Shown piece after piece: positions 47,410-58,800 of a DNA stretch of 64,000 nt. A program made the position numbers and the translations under genes. This DNA comes from Sphingobacteriales bacterium (lineage in GTDB: Bacteria > Bacteroidota > Bacteroidia > UKL13-3): positions 249,110 to 313,109 of the forward strand of contig JAJTFA010000002.1 in NCBI GenBank assembly GCA_021299635.1. The letters are read 5' to 3'. Under the pieces are notes generated by a model. The model worked only from the letters and a program-made list of their open reading frames with translations. It was not told the origin of the DNA and searched no databases. The first letter of the stretch is position 1. Each line of letters starts with the position of its first letter.

Positions 47410-49448
47410 AACACATACTGCTGTTTTTAAGCCTCACTGTATTTTATTTTACCTGCACTTTTGCGCAAGGCTTTAATAAGGATAGTATCTTGCAGATAGC
47501 ACAACAGGCTCCTGATAAAGAGAAGCAGCAAGCATTACAACTCCTCATTCAATATTATAAGAACAACGATCCGCAAACTGCGCTTCAATATGTGATGCAA
47601 CAGATTGAGGTTAGCCAGCGCATAAATGATGAGGCCACATTAGCAAAAGCATATCAGAATGCAGGCATACTTAGTTTCAGGGTAGGTAATTTTCAGCGGG
47701 CAAAAGAATTTTACCTGCAGGCGCTCGAAAAATTTACACAACAGCGAAATACCGATGCGCAAAATGAAGTAAACAGCTATCTGGGTGCCGTTTATTATGC
47801 AAACGGTAATTTGCCACTTGCTGCAGAAACCTACCTGAAGGCCCTGCGCTATTATGAGGAAAAGAATGATAAGGCTGCACTGCTTAATATTTTAAGCTCA
47901 CTTGGAAGTATTTATTCCAGACAAAATAATTTTTCAAAGGCTTTGGAGTATAACCTCAGGGCTTTGCGCATTTACGAAGAATCTTCTGATCGTTTCCGCA
48001 CCCTTGTCGGATATGATAATATTGGCAACATATATCTGCGGCAAGGTAATTTGCAGAAGGCAGAAGAGTTTTTTAATAAATCATTACTGGTATACCGTGA
48101 GCTGAATAACAAGGCAGGTGAAGCATCTACACTTTATCAACTGGGTACCATAGCCGATAAGCAGAACGATATAGAGCAATCCATCGTATACTACGGGCAA
48201 TCTATTGAAATGGCAAAAGCCATTAAAGCGCAACCCATGCAGGCTACAGCTGAGCTTGCGCTGGCTAATAACCTGAGTAAAATTAAACTTTATCAGCAGG
48301 CTATTACTTCCTATCAAAATGCAATACGCTTGGCGAAACAACTGGAGATGAAAATTGAACTGGAGGAAGCATACAGGGGTATTTCACAGTCATATGCTGC
48401 TATTAAGCAACAGCAAAAGGCCACAACATTTGGTGAATTGAGCAGGGAGTTAAAGGATTCGTTATATAACGACAGTAATATTAAAAAGCTTGCTGATTTA
48501 CAGTTGGTGTATGAAACGGAAAAAAAGCAACAGCAAATAGAATTGCTATCTAAAGAGCAGCAACTGCAGGAATTGGAATTAAAGCGTGAGCGGGAGTCAA
48601 AGAATTTCTGGGCTTATGCTTCAATTGTGCTTACCATTGTTTTTGTGGTACTCATTTATTTTTCTGTTCAAAATAAACGCATAGCCAACAACCTTCGCAG
48701 GCAAAAGGAAGAGCTAGAACAAAAGAATGCAGAGGTGCTGGCACAAAAAGAACAGCTCAATCAGTTGAATAATGTTAAGGACCGTTTCTTTTCTATCATC
48801 TCTCATGATTTAAGAAATAACCTTGCTACTATGAAGTTGTATTTTGATTTAATTAGTCATCCCAATTATAAACCTGCTGATCATTCAGAAGCAACCAAGC
48901 AAATTTCAGCTTCAGTTGAGAATACCATCGATTTGCTGGAGAATTTGCTTGTGTGGGCTTCTGCGCAAATAAAGGGAGTGCCCATTCATATACAGAAGCT
49001 GCAACTACACTCACTAATACAGGGGAATGTCAATTTACTTCAAGGTAATGCCCATCAGAAAAAAATTAGCATAGTAAACAATGCAGATGAGCTGGCATGC
49101 GCAATGGGCGATATGGACATGATTCATTTGGTTTTACGTAATCTTATTTCTAATGCAATTAAGTTTACAAATGATGGTGGTACTATTCAAATTAGCAGTG
49201 AAGAAAAAAATGGCAAACAAATTATCTGTATTCAAGATAATGGGGTAGGCATAAGCAAAGAAAATTTATCAAAACTCTTTAATCAGCATTTACATCCTAG
49301 CACCAAAGGAACAGGCAACGAAAAAGGCACCGGGTTAGGGCTCATGCTTTGTCAAGATTTTATGGTGCGCAACCAAGGCGCTATCAGAGTAGAGAGTGAA
49401 AAAGGCAAGGGTACGTCATTTTATATTGAGTTACCGATGGCTGGTTAA
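47406..49448 (+). CDS. TPR-repeat sensor histidine kinase
   Basis: Signal peptide, several TPRs, a TM segment, SIISHDLRN, NLISNAIKF, DNGVG, GTGLGL. Confidence 0.93.
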   Translation: MKHILLFLSLTVFYFTCTFAQGFNKDSILQIAQQAPDKEKQQALQLLIQYYKNNDPQTALQYVMQQIEVSQRINDEATLAKAYQNAGILSFRVGNFQRAKEFYLQALEKFTQQRNTDAQNEVNSYLGAVYYANGNLPLAAETYLKALRYYEEKNDKAALLNILSSLGSIYSRQNNFSKALEYNLRALRIYEESSDRFRTLVGYDNIGNIYLRQGNLQKAEEFFNKSLLVYRELNNKAGEASTLYQLGTIADKQNDIEQSIVYYGQSIEMAKAIKAQPMQATAELALANNLSKIKLYQQAITSYQNAIRLAKQLEMKIELEEAYRGISQSYAAIKQQQKATTFGELSRELKDSLYNDSNIKKLADLQLVYETEKKQQQIELLSKEQQLQELELKRERESKNFWAYASIVLTIVFVVLIYFSVQNKRIANNLRRQKEELEQKNAEVLAQKEQLNQLNNVKDRFFSIISHDLRNNLATMKLYFDLISHPNYKPADHSEATKQISASVENTIDLLENLLVWASAQIKGVPIHIQKLQLHSLIQGNVNLLQGNAHQKKISIVNNADELACAMGDMDMIHLVLRNLISNAIKFTNDGGTIQISSEEKNGKQIICIQDNGVGISKENLSKLFNQHLHPSTKGTGNEKGTGLGLMLCQDFMVRNQGAIRVESEKGKGTSFYIELPMAG

Positions 49449-49458
49449 TAGTAACATT

Positions 49459-49974
49459 TTATTTTTTCTTCATAACCGGAACATTGCTGCATGCCTCACC
49501 ATACATGATGCTTTTTACATAAGGAGCAAGTTTGTGTGTTATTTCAACATAGGCACTTACCGGCACAGGTATTTCTCCGCAGCCTTTAACGATAACCCTA
49601 GCGTCTCGTAATGCTTCTAAGTTAATTTTATTTACCGCATCGGTAAACAAGGCCCATTCTAAAGTTTGTAAATTTCCAAATACATAGCGGTTTGCAAACG
49701 GCTCGGCAGCTACCGCAAGTAACATATATGCCCATGTTGGGATAATGGCATCTGCACTGCATGTAAAGGCAATATTTTTTCCTGCATATTGGCTCCAGAT
49801 GTGTTGTTTCACGTTTTCTCTGAAATCTTTTTCTTTCAAAATCGCTTCTCTGAAGAGCCAGGGTTTGATATCAAACAACACACGTTCTCCCGGATGATAA
49901 TAGGTTTCCAGATCAATGGTAATTAATCCGCTGTTTGCTACACGGTTTTCTATGGGTTTGTGTTCCGGTTCCAT
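49459..49974 (-). CDS. DUF2480-family protein
   Basis: IENRVANSGLITIDLE, LKEKDFR, CSADAIIPTWA, KGC, YGEACS.VP. Confidence 0.85.
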   Translation of the reverse strand: MEPEHKPIENRVANSGLITIDLETYYHPGERVLFDIKPWLFREAILKEKDFRENVKQHIWSQYAGKNIAFTCSADAIIPTWAYMLLAVAAEPFANRYVFGNLQTLEWALFTDAVNKINLEALRDARVIVKGCGEIPVPVSAYVEITHKLAPYVKSIMYGEACSNVPVMKKK

Positions 49975-50007
49975 AGCGGCAAAGATACCAAAAAGGCTCA
50001 AGGAAAT

Positions 50008-52131
50008 TTACCTCACCTCAGCCTGCAGGTTCCAGAGTACAAAGCCCCAGAAATCAGCTGCATCTTCAACCAATTTGGCAGTAGGCTTGCCTGCACCATG
50101 GCCTGCTTTGCTATCAATTCTGATAAGCACCGGATTGCCATCTTTAGCTTGTTTGGCCTGCAGTTCTGCCGCAAATTTAAAACTATGGGCTGGCACCACA
50201 CGGTCATCATGATCGGCTGTCATAATCATGGTGGCCGGATAATTTACACCCGCTTTAACATTGTGCAGAGGTGAGTATTTAATAAGGTAATCAAACTGTT
50301 CTTTCTTTTCACTGCTTCCATACTCGACCGCCCAGCCCCAGCCAATGGTAAATTTATGGTAACGCAGCATGTCCAACACGCCTACTGCAGGAATGGCTAC
50401 TTTAAACAACTCCGGTCTTTGGGTTATACAGGCACCTACTAGCAAGCCACCATTGCTACCGCCATTGATAGCCAGTTTTGCGGACGAGGTATATTTTTCA
50501 TGAATCAAATATTCTGCTGCAGCAATAAAATCATCAAATACATTTTGTTTTTTATCAAGCATCCCTGCTTTGTGCCAATCTTCCCCATACTCACCTCCGC
50601 CTCTTAAATTGGCAATGGCATATACACCACCTTGTTCTAAAAACATGATGCGTGAAATGCTGAAGGAAGGAGTTAGGCTTATGTTAAAACCTCCGTATCC
50701 ATATAACAAAGTTGGGTTTTTGCCATTAAGTGTAATACCTTTTTTATGTATAATAAACATAGGAATTTTAGTTCCATCTTTTGATGGATAGAATACCTGT
50801 TTTGTTTCGAATTGAGTGGCATCAAACGCCAATTCTGTTTTCCTAAATAATTCTGATTTCCCTGTAGCCAATTCATAATGATAAATTTCACCAGGATTGG
50901 TAAACGAGGTAAACGTATAAAAGGCTTCTGTATCTTCAACTTTACCCGAAATGCCACTGGCTGTGCCAATTCCGGGTAATGTAATCTCGGTTTTGTTTTC
51001 TCCGTTCAAATCAAATCGATACAAGCGTGTGCTTGCATCTTGAAGGTAGGTGGCAAATAATCTACCTCCGCAGGTGGAGGCACCTTCCAGCAAATTGTCA
51101 GTTTGCGGAATAATATCTTTCCAGTTTTGCGGTTCCGGTTTTAATGGATCTACTTCAACCAATCGGTAACGTGGTGCATCCTTATCAGTAATGGCCAATA
51201 TTTTGTCGCCTACATTATCTATTACTGAGTAATTATTTTCAAAACCTTTAAACAACGTTCTGAATGATTTTTCATTTTTAGTTAAATCCTGAATGAGTAT
51301 TTCAGATCCGGAGGTTCCCTCGCTAATACTTATAATCATAAAGCGCTCATCTTCTGTTATACCTGCGTTGAAGTAGCGCAATGGGTGAGACTTATCTTCA
51401 TAAACAAGCTTGTCTGCCGATTGTGGTTTACCTATCTCATGGTAATAAATTTTCATGTACTCATTGGCATTGCTAAATTCTTTGCCATCACCTGGTTCAT
51501 CATATCTGCTGTAATAAAATCCGTTTTTATACCAAGTTGCACCACTGAATTTAACCCACTGAATCAGGTCGGTTGTTTTTTCTTTCGTGGCCACATTCAT
51601 CACAAATATTTCATTCCAATCGCTCCCGCTTTTGGCTATGCCTATTGCACAATATCGGTGGTCTTTACTAAAAGTAAAACTCGCCAAAGAAACGGTGCCG
51701 TCTTCGCTTAGTTTGTTGGGATCTAAGAATACTTCCGGTTCTCCATTTAAACCCTGCTGACGATAAAGCACACTTTGGTTTTGCAGACCATTATTTTTAA
51801 AGAAGTAGTAAAAGTTACCTTCTTTGAATGGAGCTGAATATTTTGGATAGTCCCATATTTGGGTAAGCCTTTTTTTAAGTTGATCGCGGTAAGGTATTTG
51901 TGAAAGATAGTTTTTTGTAACGTCATTTTGAGCTTTAACCCATGCCTCCACATTGGTAGCTGTATCATTCTCCAGCCAACGGTAGGGGTCGGCAACAGTG
52001 GTACCGAAATAATTATCACTTACATTCTCTTTTTTGCTTTCAGGGTAAGGTTTCATGGCGATTTTTGGTTGTTCTTTTTTGCCGCATGCAATGACTAACG
52101 TCATCAGGGTAATAATGGTTATATTTTTCAT
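50008..52131 (-). CDS. prolyl oligopeptidase (S9A), lipoprotein-type signal
   Basis: DPYRWLE, YGYGGF, RGGGEYG, GGSNGG (Ser), DDRV (Asp), AGHG (His). Confidence 0.96.
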   Translation of the reverse strand: MKNITIITLMTLVIACGKKEQPKIAMKPYPESKKENVSDNYFGTTVADPYRWLENDTATNVEAWVKAQNDVTKNYLSQIPYRDQLKKRLTQIWDYPKYSAPFKEGNFYYFFKNNGLQNQSVLYRQQGLNGEPEVFLDPNKLSEDGTVSLASFTFSKDHRYCAIGIAKSGSDWNEIFVMNVATKEKTTDLIQWVKFSGATWYKNGFYYSRYDEPGDGKEFSNANEYMKIYYHEIGKPQSADKLVYEDKSHPLRYFNAGITEDERFMIISISEGTSGSEILIQDLTKNEKSFRTLFKGFENNYSVIDNVGDKILAITDKDAPRYRLVEVDPLKPEPQNWKDIIPQTDNLLEGASTCGGRLFATYLQDASTRLYRFDLNGENKTEITLPGIGTASGISGKVEDTEAFYTFTSFTNPGEIYHYELATGKSELFRKTELAFDATQFETKQVFYPSKDGTKIPMFIIHKKGITLNGKNPTLLYGYGGFNISLTPSFSISRIMFLEQGGVYAIANLRGGGEYGEDWHKAGMLDKKQNVFDDFIAAAEYLIHEKYTSSAKLAINGGSNGGLLVGACITQRPELFKVAIPAVGVLDMLRYHKFTIGWGWAVEYGSSEKKEQFDYLIKYSPLHNVKAGVNYPATMIMTADHDDRVVPAHSFKFAAELQAKQAKDGNPVLIRIDSKAGHGAGKPTAKLVEDAADFWGFVLWNLQAEVR

Positions 52132-52197
52132 TGTCTTAATAATTTCTAATTTCAAAACTGTCTGCTGCACATAAAATAGCACCACCACTCATCCAAA

Positions 52198-52812
52198 TTA
52201 CATTAAATGCAACAGATGGGTGACATCATTTGCCCTCTTCAGATGGCATTCTTCAGTATCTATGTGCACTTCATATAAACAAAGGTTACGGTGTTGAAAT
52301 TGCTCCATTTGTGTTAATGGTTGATTGAGCAGTAAGCACAAGAAACTCTTCATAGCACGTCCGTGCATGCAAATCAGGATTTCAGATTCAGGTTGATTTA
52401 ATATCATTTTCAAGGCACGCTTTTGCCTCTGCTGCATTTCAAAAGGACTTTCCCCATTCGGAATTTTTGCATGTAAATCTCCTTCATTCCACTTATAAAT
52501 CATTTCCCAATACATGGCTTTTTGTTCAGGTGTTTGCTGCTTGCCTTCAAAGTCTCCCCAACTTATCTCATTAAGTTCTGCTAATCTGGTGTGAGGAATG
52601 CCGTTTTCTATAAACGCTGCAACGCTTTGATTACTTCTTTTAAGTGTAGAGGTAAACACGTGCTCAAAAGGATGATGCCGATAGTACTTATAAAATGCCT
52701 CAGCTTGTTGCATGCCTAAATCATTTAAATCTGTATCAACCCCGCTCCCCTGAACAATATTCAATCGGTTGAACTCTGTTTCTCCATGTCTGATGATAAA
52801 AAGTTTTTTCAT
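52198..52812 (-). CDS. histidine phosphatase (PGM family)
   Basis: IRHGET, LNE..WG.FEG, GES, CMHG. Confidence 0.92.
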   Translation of the reverse strand: MKKLFIIRHGETEFNRLNIVQGSGVDTDLNDLGMQQAEAFYKYYRHHPFEHVFTSTLKRSNQSVAAFIENGIPHTRLAELNEISWGDFEGKQQTPEQKAMYWEMIYKWNEGDLHAKIPNGESPFEMQQRQKRALKMILNQPESEILICMHGRAMKSFLCLLLNQPLTQMEQFQHRNLCLYEVHIDTEECHLKRANDVTHLLHLM

Positions 52813-52999
52813 GCTTTGTGACCGTACGATCTGTGTTTACTTAAACTACTATGGTTGTGCAGCGAATATAGCAAAGGTTTATTATGCTCCATCATTGGTT
52901 TGTGAAAGGTTTTCTCGGTATTATTCCCTTACAATAAATTAAATGTGGTAATCCGGTTTGGTAGTGTTATTTTATTATTTTGCACACAAATTATTTTGT

Positions 53000-53461
53000 A
53001 TGTCAGTTTTTAAAGCAGAAGGTGTTACGCTGGAAGCCATAAATAAGAGAAATGAGAATACAATGGCTCAATGGATAGGTATTGAGTTTACCGAATTAGG
53101 GGTGGACTATCTAAAGGCACGGATGCCAGTAGACCATCGAACAGTTCAACCATTACATGTGGTGAATGGAGGTGCATATTGTGCACTGGCCGAAACAGCT
53201 GGTAGCATGGCAGGTAATCTTTGTTTAGACAGAGAACGATATGTTGCCCTAGGATTAGATATCAATGCCAATCATGTACGCTCAGCATCTAAAGGATTTG
53301 TGCATGGTACGGCAAAACCAATTCATCTGGGACGCACCACTCAAGTGTGGGAAATTCGTATAACTGATGATGAAGATAGGTTATGTTGCATTAGTAGACT
53401 AACCATGTCGGTGATAGAAATTAAACATGATAACAGAGGATTCAATCCGCCAAAGGTTTAA
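53000..53461 (+). CDS. hotdog-fold thioesterase (MenI/YdiI-like)
   Basis: MPVDHRTVQP, GGAYCALAET, INANH, HLGRTTQVW. It lies upstream of a menF-like gene. Confidence 0.85.
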   Translation: MSVFKAEGVTLEAINKRNENTMAQWIGIEFTELGVDYLKARMPVDHRTVQPLHVVNGGAYCALAETAGSMAGNLCLDRERYVALGLDINANHVRSASKGFVHGTAKPIHLGRTTQVWEIRITDDEDRLCCISRLTMSVIEIKHDNRGFNPPKV

Positions 53462-54509
53462 GCAGGGTGAGCAATTTAATTTTGCTGCATGCAGGTTGCC
53501 CTTCTCGGATACGATATACTTTTTCTATTCTGACAGGCCTTGCAAACTGACTCGTTTGCAATATCAAGCCAACTCATTAACAGATTTTGTTTTCTCGCCT
53601 TATGCTGCCGGTAACCAGGCTTATCATATGCAGGCCAATCTCATATATAAAAATGATGCGCCTATTTACGGATGGGATGCCAAACTCATGCCGGTAGAAA
53701 AACCATTATTCACTACGAATAATTTTGAAGCGGATGAGAATTTTTATAAAAGATATGTTTCTGATATCATCACAGATATCGAACAGGAGGATACAGACAA
53801 AGTTGTAGCAGCTCGTGCATTGCGAAGAGCATTGCCTGATTCATTCAGCCATTCAAATTTCTTCTTTCAATTATTGCAGCAATATCCGCATGCAATGGTT
53901 TATTATGTAAATCATGCTGAGTGGGGATGTTGGTGTGGAGCTACACCTGAAATGTTGCTAACAGCGACAGAAAATAAACTGCAAACCATGTCGCTTGCCG
54001 GAACCATGCCTGCACATTCTAAAGAAGCGTGGGGCGAAAAGGAGCTGCAGGAGCAAGCTATGGTCACTGATTTTATTGAACAGATTTTTGAAAAGTATCA
54101 GCTTACTATTCAGATAAATCAAACAAGCGAGTTGGTTTCAGGAAAAATTAAACACCTGTGCACAAAACTAGAATCGAAAACAGATGAGGAATGGCTCACC
54201 CAAAAATTTCATAAGTTACTGGCTGACTTAAATCCAACGCCTGCCGTTTGCGGCATACCCCAATTCAATGCATCTGTTTTTATAGGCAAGCACGAAAAAC
54301 TTGAACGCAGATTTTATAGTGGTTTTTTAGGAATTAGTGCGCCTAAGCACATTCAGTTATATGTTAATTTGCGTTGCATGGAAATAGGCTTGCAGGATGC
54401 TTTATTATATGCCGGGGCAGGAATAACAGCATATTCCTCCCCGACAAAAGAGTGGCAGGAAACTATTAATAAATTAATGGTTTTGGGTAGTATAATTAAT
54501 GACGTATAA
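53427..54509 (+). CDS. isochorismate synthase (MenF-like)
   Basis: KVVAAR, GATPE, SLAGT, KE.QEQ, HL, PTPAVCG, RRFYSG, VNLRCM, AGAGIT, EW.ET. Confidence 0.85.
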   Translation: MITEDSIRQRFKQGEQFNFAACRLPFSDTIYFFYSDRPCKLTRLQYQANSLTDFVFSPYAAGNQAYHMQANLIYKNDAPIYGWDAKLMPVEKPLFTTNNFEADENFYKRYVSDIITDIEQEDTDKVVAARALRRALPDSFSHSNFFFQLLQQYPHAMVYYVNHAEWGCWCGATPEMLLTATENKLQTMSLAGTMPAHSKEAWGEKELQEQAMVTDFIEQIFEKYQLTIQINQTSELVSGKIKHLCTKLESKTDEEWLTQKFHKLLADLNPTPAVCGIPQFNASVFIGKHEKLERRFYSGFLGISAPKHIQLYVNLRCMEIGLQDALLYAGAGITAYSSPTKEWQETINKLMVLGSIINDV

Positions 54510-55713
54510 GGATTCGTTTATTGTATACGCTTTGCTCTGTGTAAAGATTAAGCAGATACAGTCCTTCAGCTATACTTGATACATCCAATTTGTTATTTGA
54601 ATCCGGGTATATACCGCTTTCAATTACTTTCCCATTAAGGTCTGTTAAAGTATAGCGCTGCGGTGCTACTGATTTTGGAAGGATCACTTGTAAAAAGGTA
54701 CTTGCGGGATTTGGATAAACAGAGACACCTATGTCCTTACTGGGAAATCGACCTACAGATGAAACGATGGCTCCTGTGTAAACACCATAAAAGAAATCTG
54801 CCACATACTTCACAGTGGTATCCATATAAGATGCGTTGAAAGAAAACGGTACGTGGTCTTGACCCTTAAATGTTAGCAGGCGAGAATTAATGCCATTTAA
54901 TTTTGCAGCCGAGTCAATGCTGAAACTTCCCTGAAGAAAACTTACCCTATTGCCCATATAATAAAAGTCGGCACTGCCATAGGGTACGGTTTGATCCTGA
55001 TCACCATGAACGTGGCACAACGGAACTGTTTTTTTATCAAGCATCCAGCTAACATTTTTAAGAGCTCCTGAAAGGTTTGCAATAGCAGAAACGCCAGATG
55101 AATAACCGGTATTTCCTGTATTACCTTCAAAACCTCCTAGTAAGGTGGTATCTACACCTAAACCTTCCAGTTCTGATGGCTTGTCTAAAAATGTCATTTG
55201 TAGGCCTAGCACACCTCCAGCTGATACTCCAGCGAAATAGATAATCTCTGGATTGATTTTGTAACTATTCCCCGTAGCGGCATGCTTACGCAGGAAACGC
55301 ACAGCGGCTCTGCCATCTTGTTGTCCTCTCCACACAGCTTGAGTAAACTCTATTTCGTATCCCAAGCCTGAAAATGGATTAATTCCTTGGCGATATTGAA
55401 TGGATGCAGTTACATAACCTCTTTTGGCAAATTGTTTGCACAGATGCACTACATCCGGTAATCTGCGATCACCGTTAATAAATGAGCCGCCATGTGCAAT
55501 AACAATTACAGGGCGAGAATTGGCAGTATCGCCTTCGGGCTGATAAATATCCATTACTAGATTTTGAGGTACACCCAAAAAAGTGTTATTGGTTCCATAA
55601 GCCACATTACTGTCAACCTTTATGCTGGCAAAAACACTGTCGCGAAATCTGGTTTGCGCAGATGTAAGGGTGTAAACCAATAATGTTGCACAGATGAGTA
55701 GTCCTTTTTTCAT
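54496..55713 (-). CDS. secreted alpha/beta-hydrolase (carboxylesterase-like) with T9SS CTD
   Basis: HGGSF, GVSAGG, HGDQDQTVP, catalytic His in QDHVP; CTD VYPNPA...GLYLL...KRILIRH. Confidence 0.88.
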   Translation of the reverse strand: MKKGLLICATLLVYTLTSAQTRFRDSVFASIKVDSNVAYGTNNTFLGVPQNLVMDIYQPEGDTANSRPVIVIAHGGSFINGDRRLPDVVHLCKQFAKRGYVTASIQYRQGINPFSGLGYEIEFTQAVWRGQQDGRAAVRFLRKHAATGNSYKINPEIIYFAGVSAGGVLGLQMTFLDKPSELEGLGVDTTLLGGFEGNTGNTGYSSGVSAIANLSGALKNVSWMLDKKTVPLCHVHGDQDQTVPYGSADFYYMGNRVSFLQGSFSIDSAAKLNGINSRLLTFKGQDHVPFSFNASYMDTTVKYVADFFYGVYTGAIVSSVGRFPSKDIGVSVYPNPASTFLQVILPKSVAPQRYTLTDLNGKVIESGIYPDSNNKLDVSSIAEGLYLLNLYTEQSVYNKRILIRH

Positions 55714-55820
55714 AAATTTTATTAATTAAGTTTAAACGAATATATAAATATGTTTGAATATCAAACAGTGCGTTTCAACTCATCAAATAATATCGAGATG
55801 TGTTTTGGAAGGAGAATAAA

Positions 55821-58800
55821 TTACTGAATGGTATATCGCAAGGATACCCCTCCGCTTTGAATGATGGTTGGGAAGGAGTTTGATGTTGCAGGATCAGTTC
55901 TTCTGTAACTGTAAAAAATACGCATCATCAGCTTCTCATTAAAATTATAATCAATTTGTGGTTTCAAATCATAGATCACTTGACCTTGCACCGGGTCGTT
56001 GGATTCCCTATCGAGGTAGCGAATTTTTGTTAGGTTATTTCTAATAGAAAAATCAAGTCTGAAATTCACCTCATTTTCAAGAACAAGTCTTCGGCCACCA
56101 CCACCTAGCATAGGTATTGCAAGATTGCTTGCCCTATAGCCGGCACCTATTACCCACTCGCTTGCTGTTTGTTCATTTAACTGACCATTGGTAAGGGTAA
56201 AGTTCATTGTGCGGTCTCTTTTATACTCAAGCTTAGCCTGAATATTATTTACAAATGTGATATCAATACCTATAAAAGGGCCCCACCTTTCAGTAATGGA
56301 TATTTGCCTAATTTGATACTTGGATGCATAATCTCCGGTGAAACTGGGTGAGGCATTGGTATCGCCTGGTAGGATGGTTTGGAATGCACCAACATTATAA
56401 GTTGATGTATACTGATTAGAGATGGTAACATTGCTTGCGTATTCCTTAATCAATTCAATTTTTGTTAATCCGTTATAGGTGATACGCCAATTTAAATCCG
56501 GTATTTTAGGAAATGGAGTAAGGCCAATTTTAGAAGCATCTTCACCTCCATATGCAGATAGAAAAGCAGGAATCAATACTTCCTGAGAAAGTCGGCTATA
56601 TCCGCGCGGGAAACCATTACTGTCTGCTGTACCTCCCGGAAGTTCAGGATTCTGACCTAAGCGATTGGCAATGGCTAAACGATTTTCCTGAAAGCGTTTA
56701 AAAACTTCGGCAGGGTCATTAAATGCTGTTGCCAGTGTGTTGTAGGTGATGGAAAAATTACCTGTTTGTGTAGGTATATTTACATCAACAAATTCTTTTC
56801 TTATACTATCATATCGGAACAAAACACTGGTTTGAAGAGAGCGTTGGCTCTGCATATTTAATTCTATTCTAAAGTCGGTAATAGGTTCAAGGGTTGCTCT
56901 TCCTGTTATATTTTCTCTGAAGTCTTCGGTATAAAAATTGGTAATTCTTGGATCATTGCTTAGCCAGCCATTTTCAGCTGCCCTGAATCTGTAATTGTCA
57001 TCTTGCATAGCTAAGATAAAATCAAATCCGGGCCCATCATTATCAAAATTTTGCCCAAGGTATTGTGGCCTGGTTTTAAAACCCGGAAGTGCTACTCCTT
57101 TATTGGTTGTATGTGCAAAAGTTATATTCTTTAAGCTGGTAATTAGTTTAAATGGGATGCGCACAAATGGGCCATAATTTTTAGGGCTGTTATCCTCTTT
57201 TTTCTTTTTTGTTTTTGTATCTTTTTTGTTTGGCTCTTTTTTCTCTTCTTCCTCATCAGCAGGCTTACGTGGAGTTTTCTTAACAGGATTATTAATATCA
57301 CGCAGAAATTTCCACTTATTATAAAGCAAGCTCATGTTCAGGTTAAAGTTCCATGCCTCAGTTTTAGAATTGGATATGGTATTGCCTAAACTGTCTGCAG
57401 CCGGTGGCGCTTGTTTCCACTGGTAGTTTACCGTGTAACTATATGCAGATTGCGAAATAAAATTGAGTTGTTGAATTTTATTTATTGGAATATTGTAGTT
57501 AAATCTGATTGCCTGATCATATTGCATCAGGCGGCCACCATTCCAAAAATTATTCCACATAGAGTCGCGCTTGGCTGGAGTTTTTTCATCTATTTGGCCT
57601 AATGGTTCATCAACACGGGCCAATACAGTTGCATTGTAATCAAGCCTCAAACTCTTTGATAAGCTGTAGCTGAATTCATAGTAGCGGGTCATGGTAAACA
57701 TCTTGTCGTACAACGGTTGTATCAATGTTAATGGATTATCATTATTCCTGTTTATCGTAACCCCATATCGTCTGTCTGTTTCAAGCCTTGCGCCCCATAC
57801 TTGTGGTAGGAACATTAAGTTAAAGTCCTTAAGTAAAGTAAGTTGTTTTGATTTGATGATTTTGTTGAAGGGCTCCCATGCCTTGGGATTAAAGCTATAT
57901 TGGTAGGCAGTGATGGTTTTATAGTTTTGAAGGATATAATATTCCATCGTCTGATTTCTTCTGAAGGTTTCGCTGTATGAGTAGGTAAATGTCCAGTTTT
58001 CAATATCCCAAACATGCGCTTTGGCTGCACCCACTCTATTTTTTCTAATATTGGTAAAATTCAAGCTTCGTCTTGCGGTAAAATCATCAGCAGCACGCGA
58101 AATTCTGTCTCTGCGCTCTTCATTGGTTGTTTCATCAATTTCTTTTTGCAGTCGTGTATCCGGATTCAGCGGATTATAAAATGGCCTCACCAAGGTATTA
58201 CCATAAGATAAAAATATCGGAATAGAGATACCTAGTTTTGTTGGCAAAAATTTTCCTAATTCAAAACTACCCTGTATATCATACTGGTAGGTGTCATCAA
58301 ATGTGCGTTCGTTTATCTTTTTATCAATTCCACCAAAACCAACTGTTGTCAGATTGCCCGCCACCTGCATAGTGCCAAAGTCGGCAAGTTTCACTTGCGC
58401 TCGTGCAGTAGCCGCCCATCCGCCATTATTATTAAACTCTGTAGCACGCATTTCATTAAACCACACTTCTGCGCACTTGGGTAAACCATCATCATTGCTG
58501 CCTGGAAATGCTCTTGGATTGCGCACACCAAGCATCATAACTCTTACATTGCTCAAATCCGGTAAGCCAACCACCCTTATTTTTTTATTGCCGCCAAGAT
58601 CTCTGGTATAAACTGCAGTAAAGGGATGACTGGCATTGGTTCTTTGAATCTTTGTATTGATAAGCTCCTCCAGTTCAAGTATCATTTCATTTTCTGATGG
58701 CCAAATATTATTGGCACCTGCATCTCCCAGCATAGACGCTTTCAGCGGTATTTCATATTCATAGTAATTGTTGGTGAGGTCGGTACCCAAGCGCACAAAT

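Noticed and set aside
57190..57290. Low-complexity A/T-rich tract in sprA
   Set aside because: It encodes an in-frame Lys/Glu-rich loop and is not a tandem repeat or a plausible phase-variation tract.
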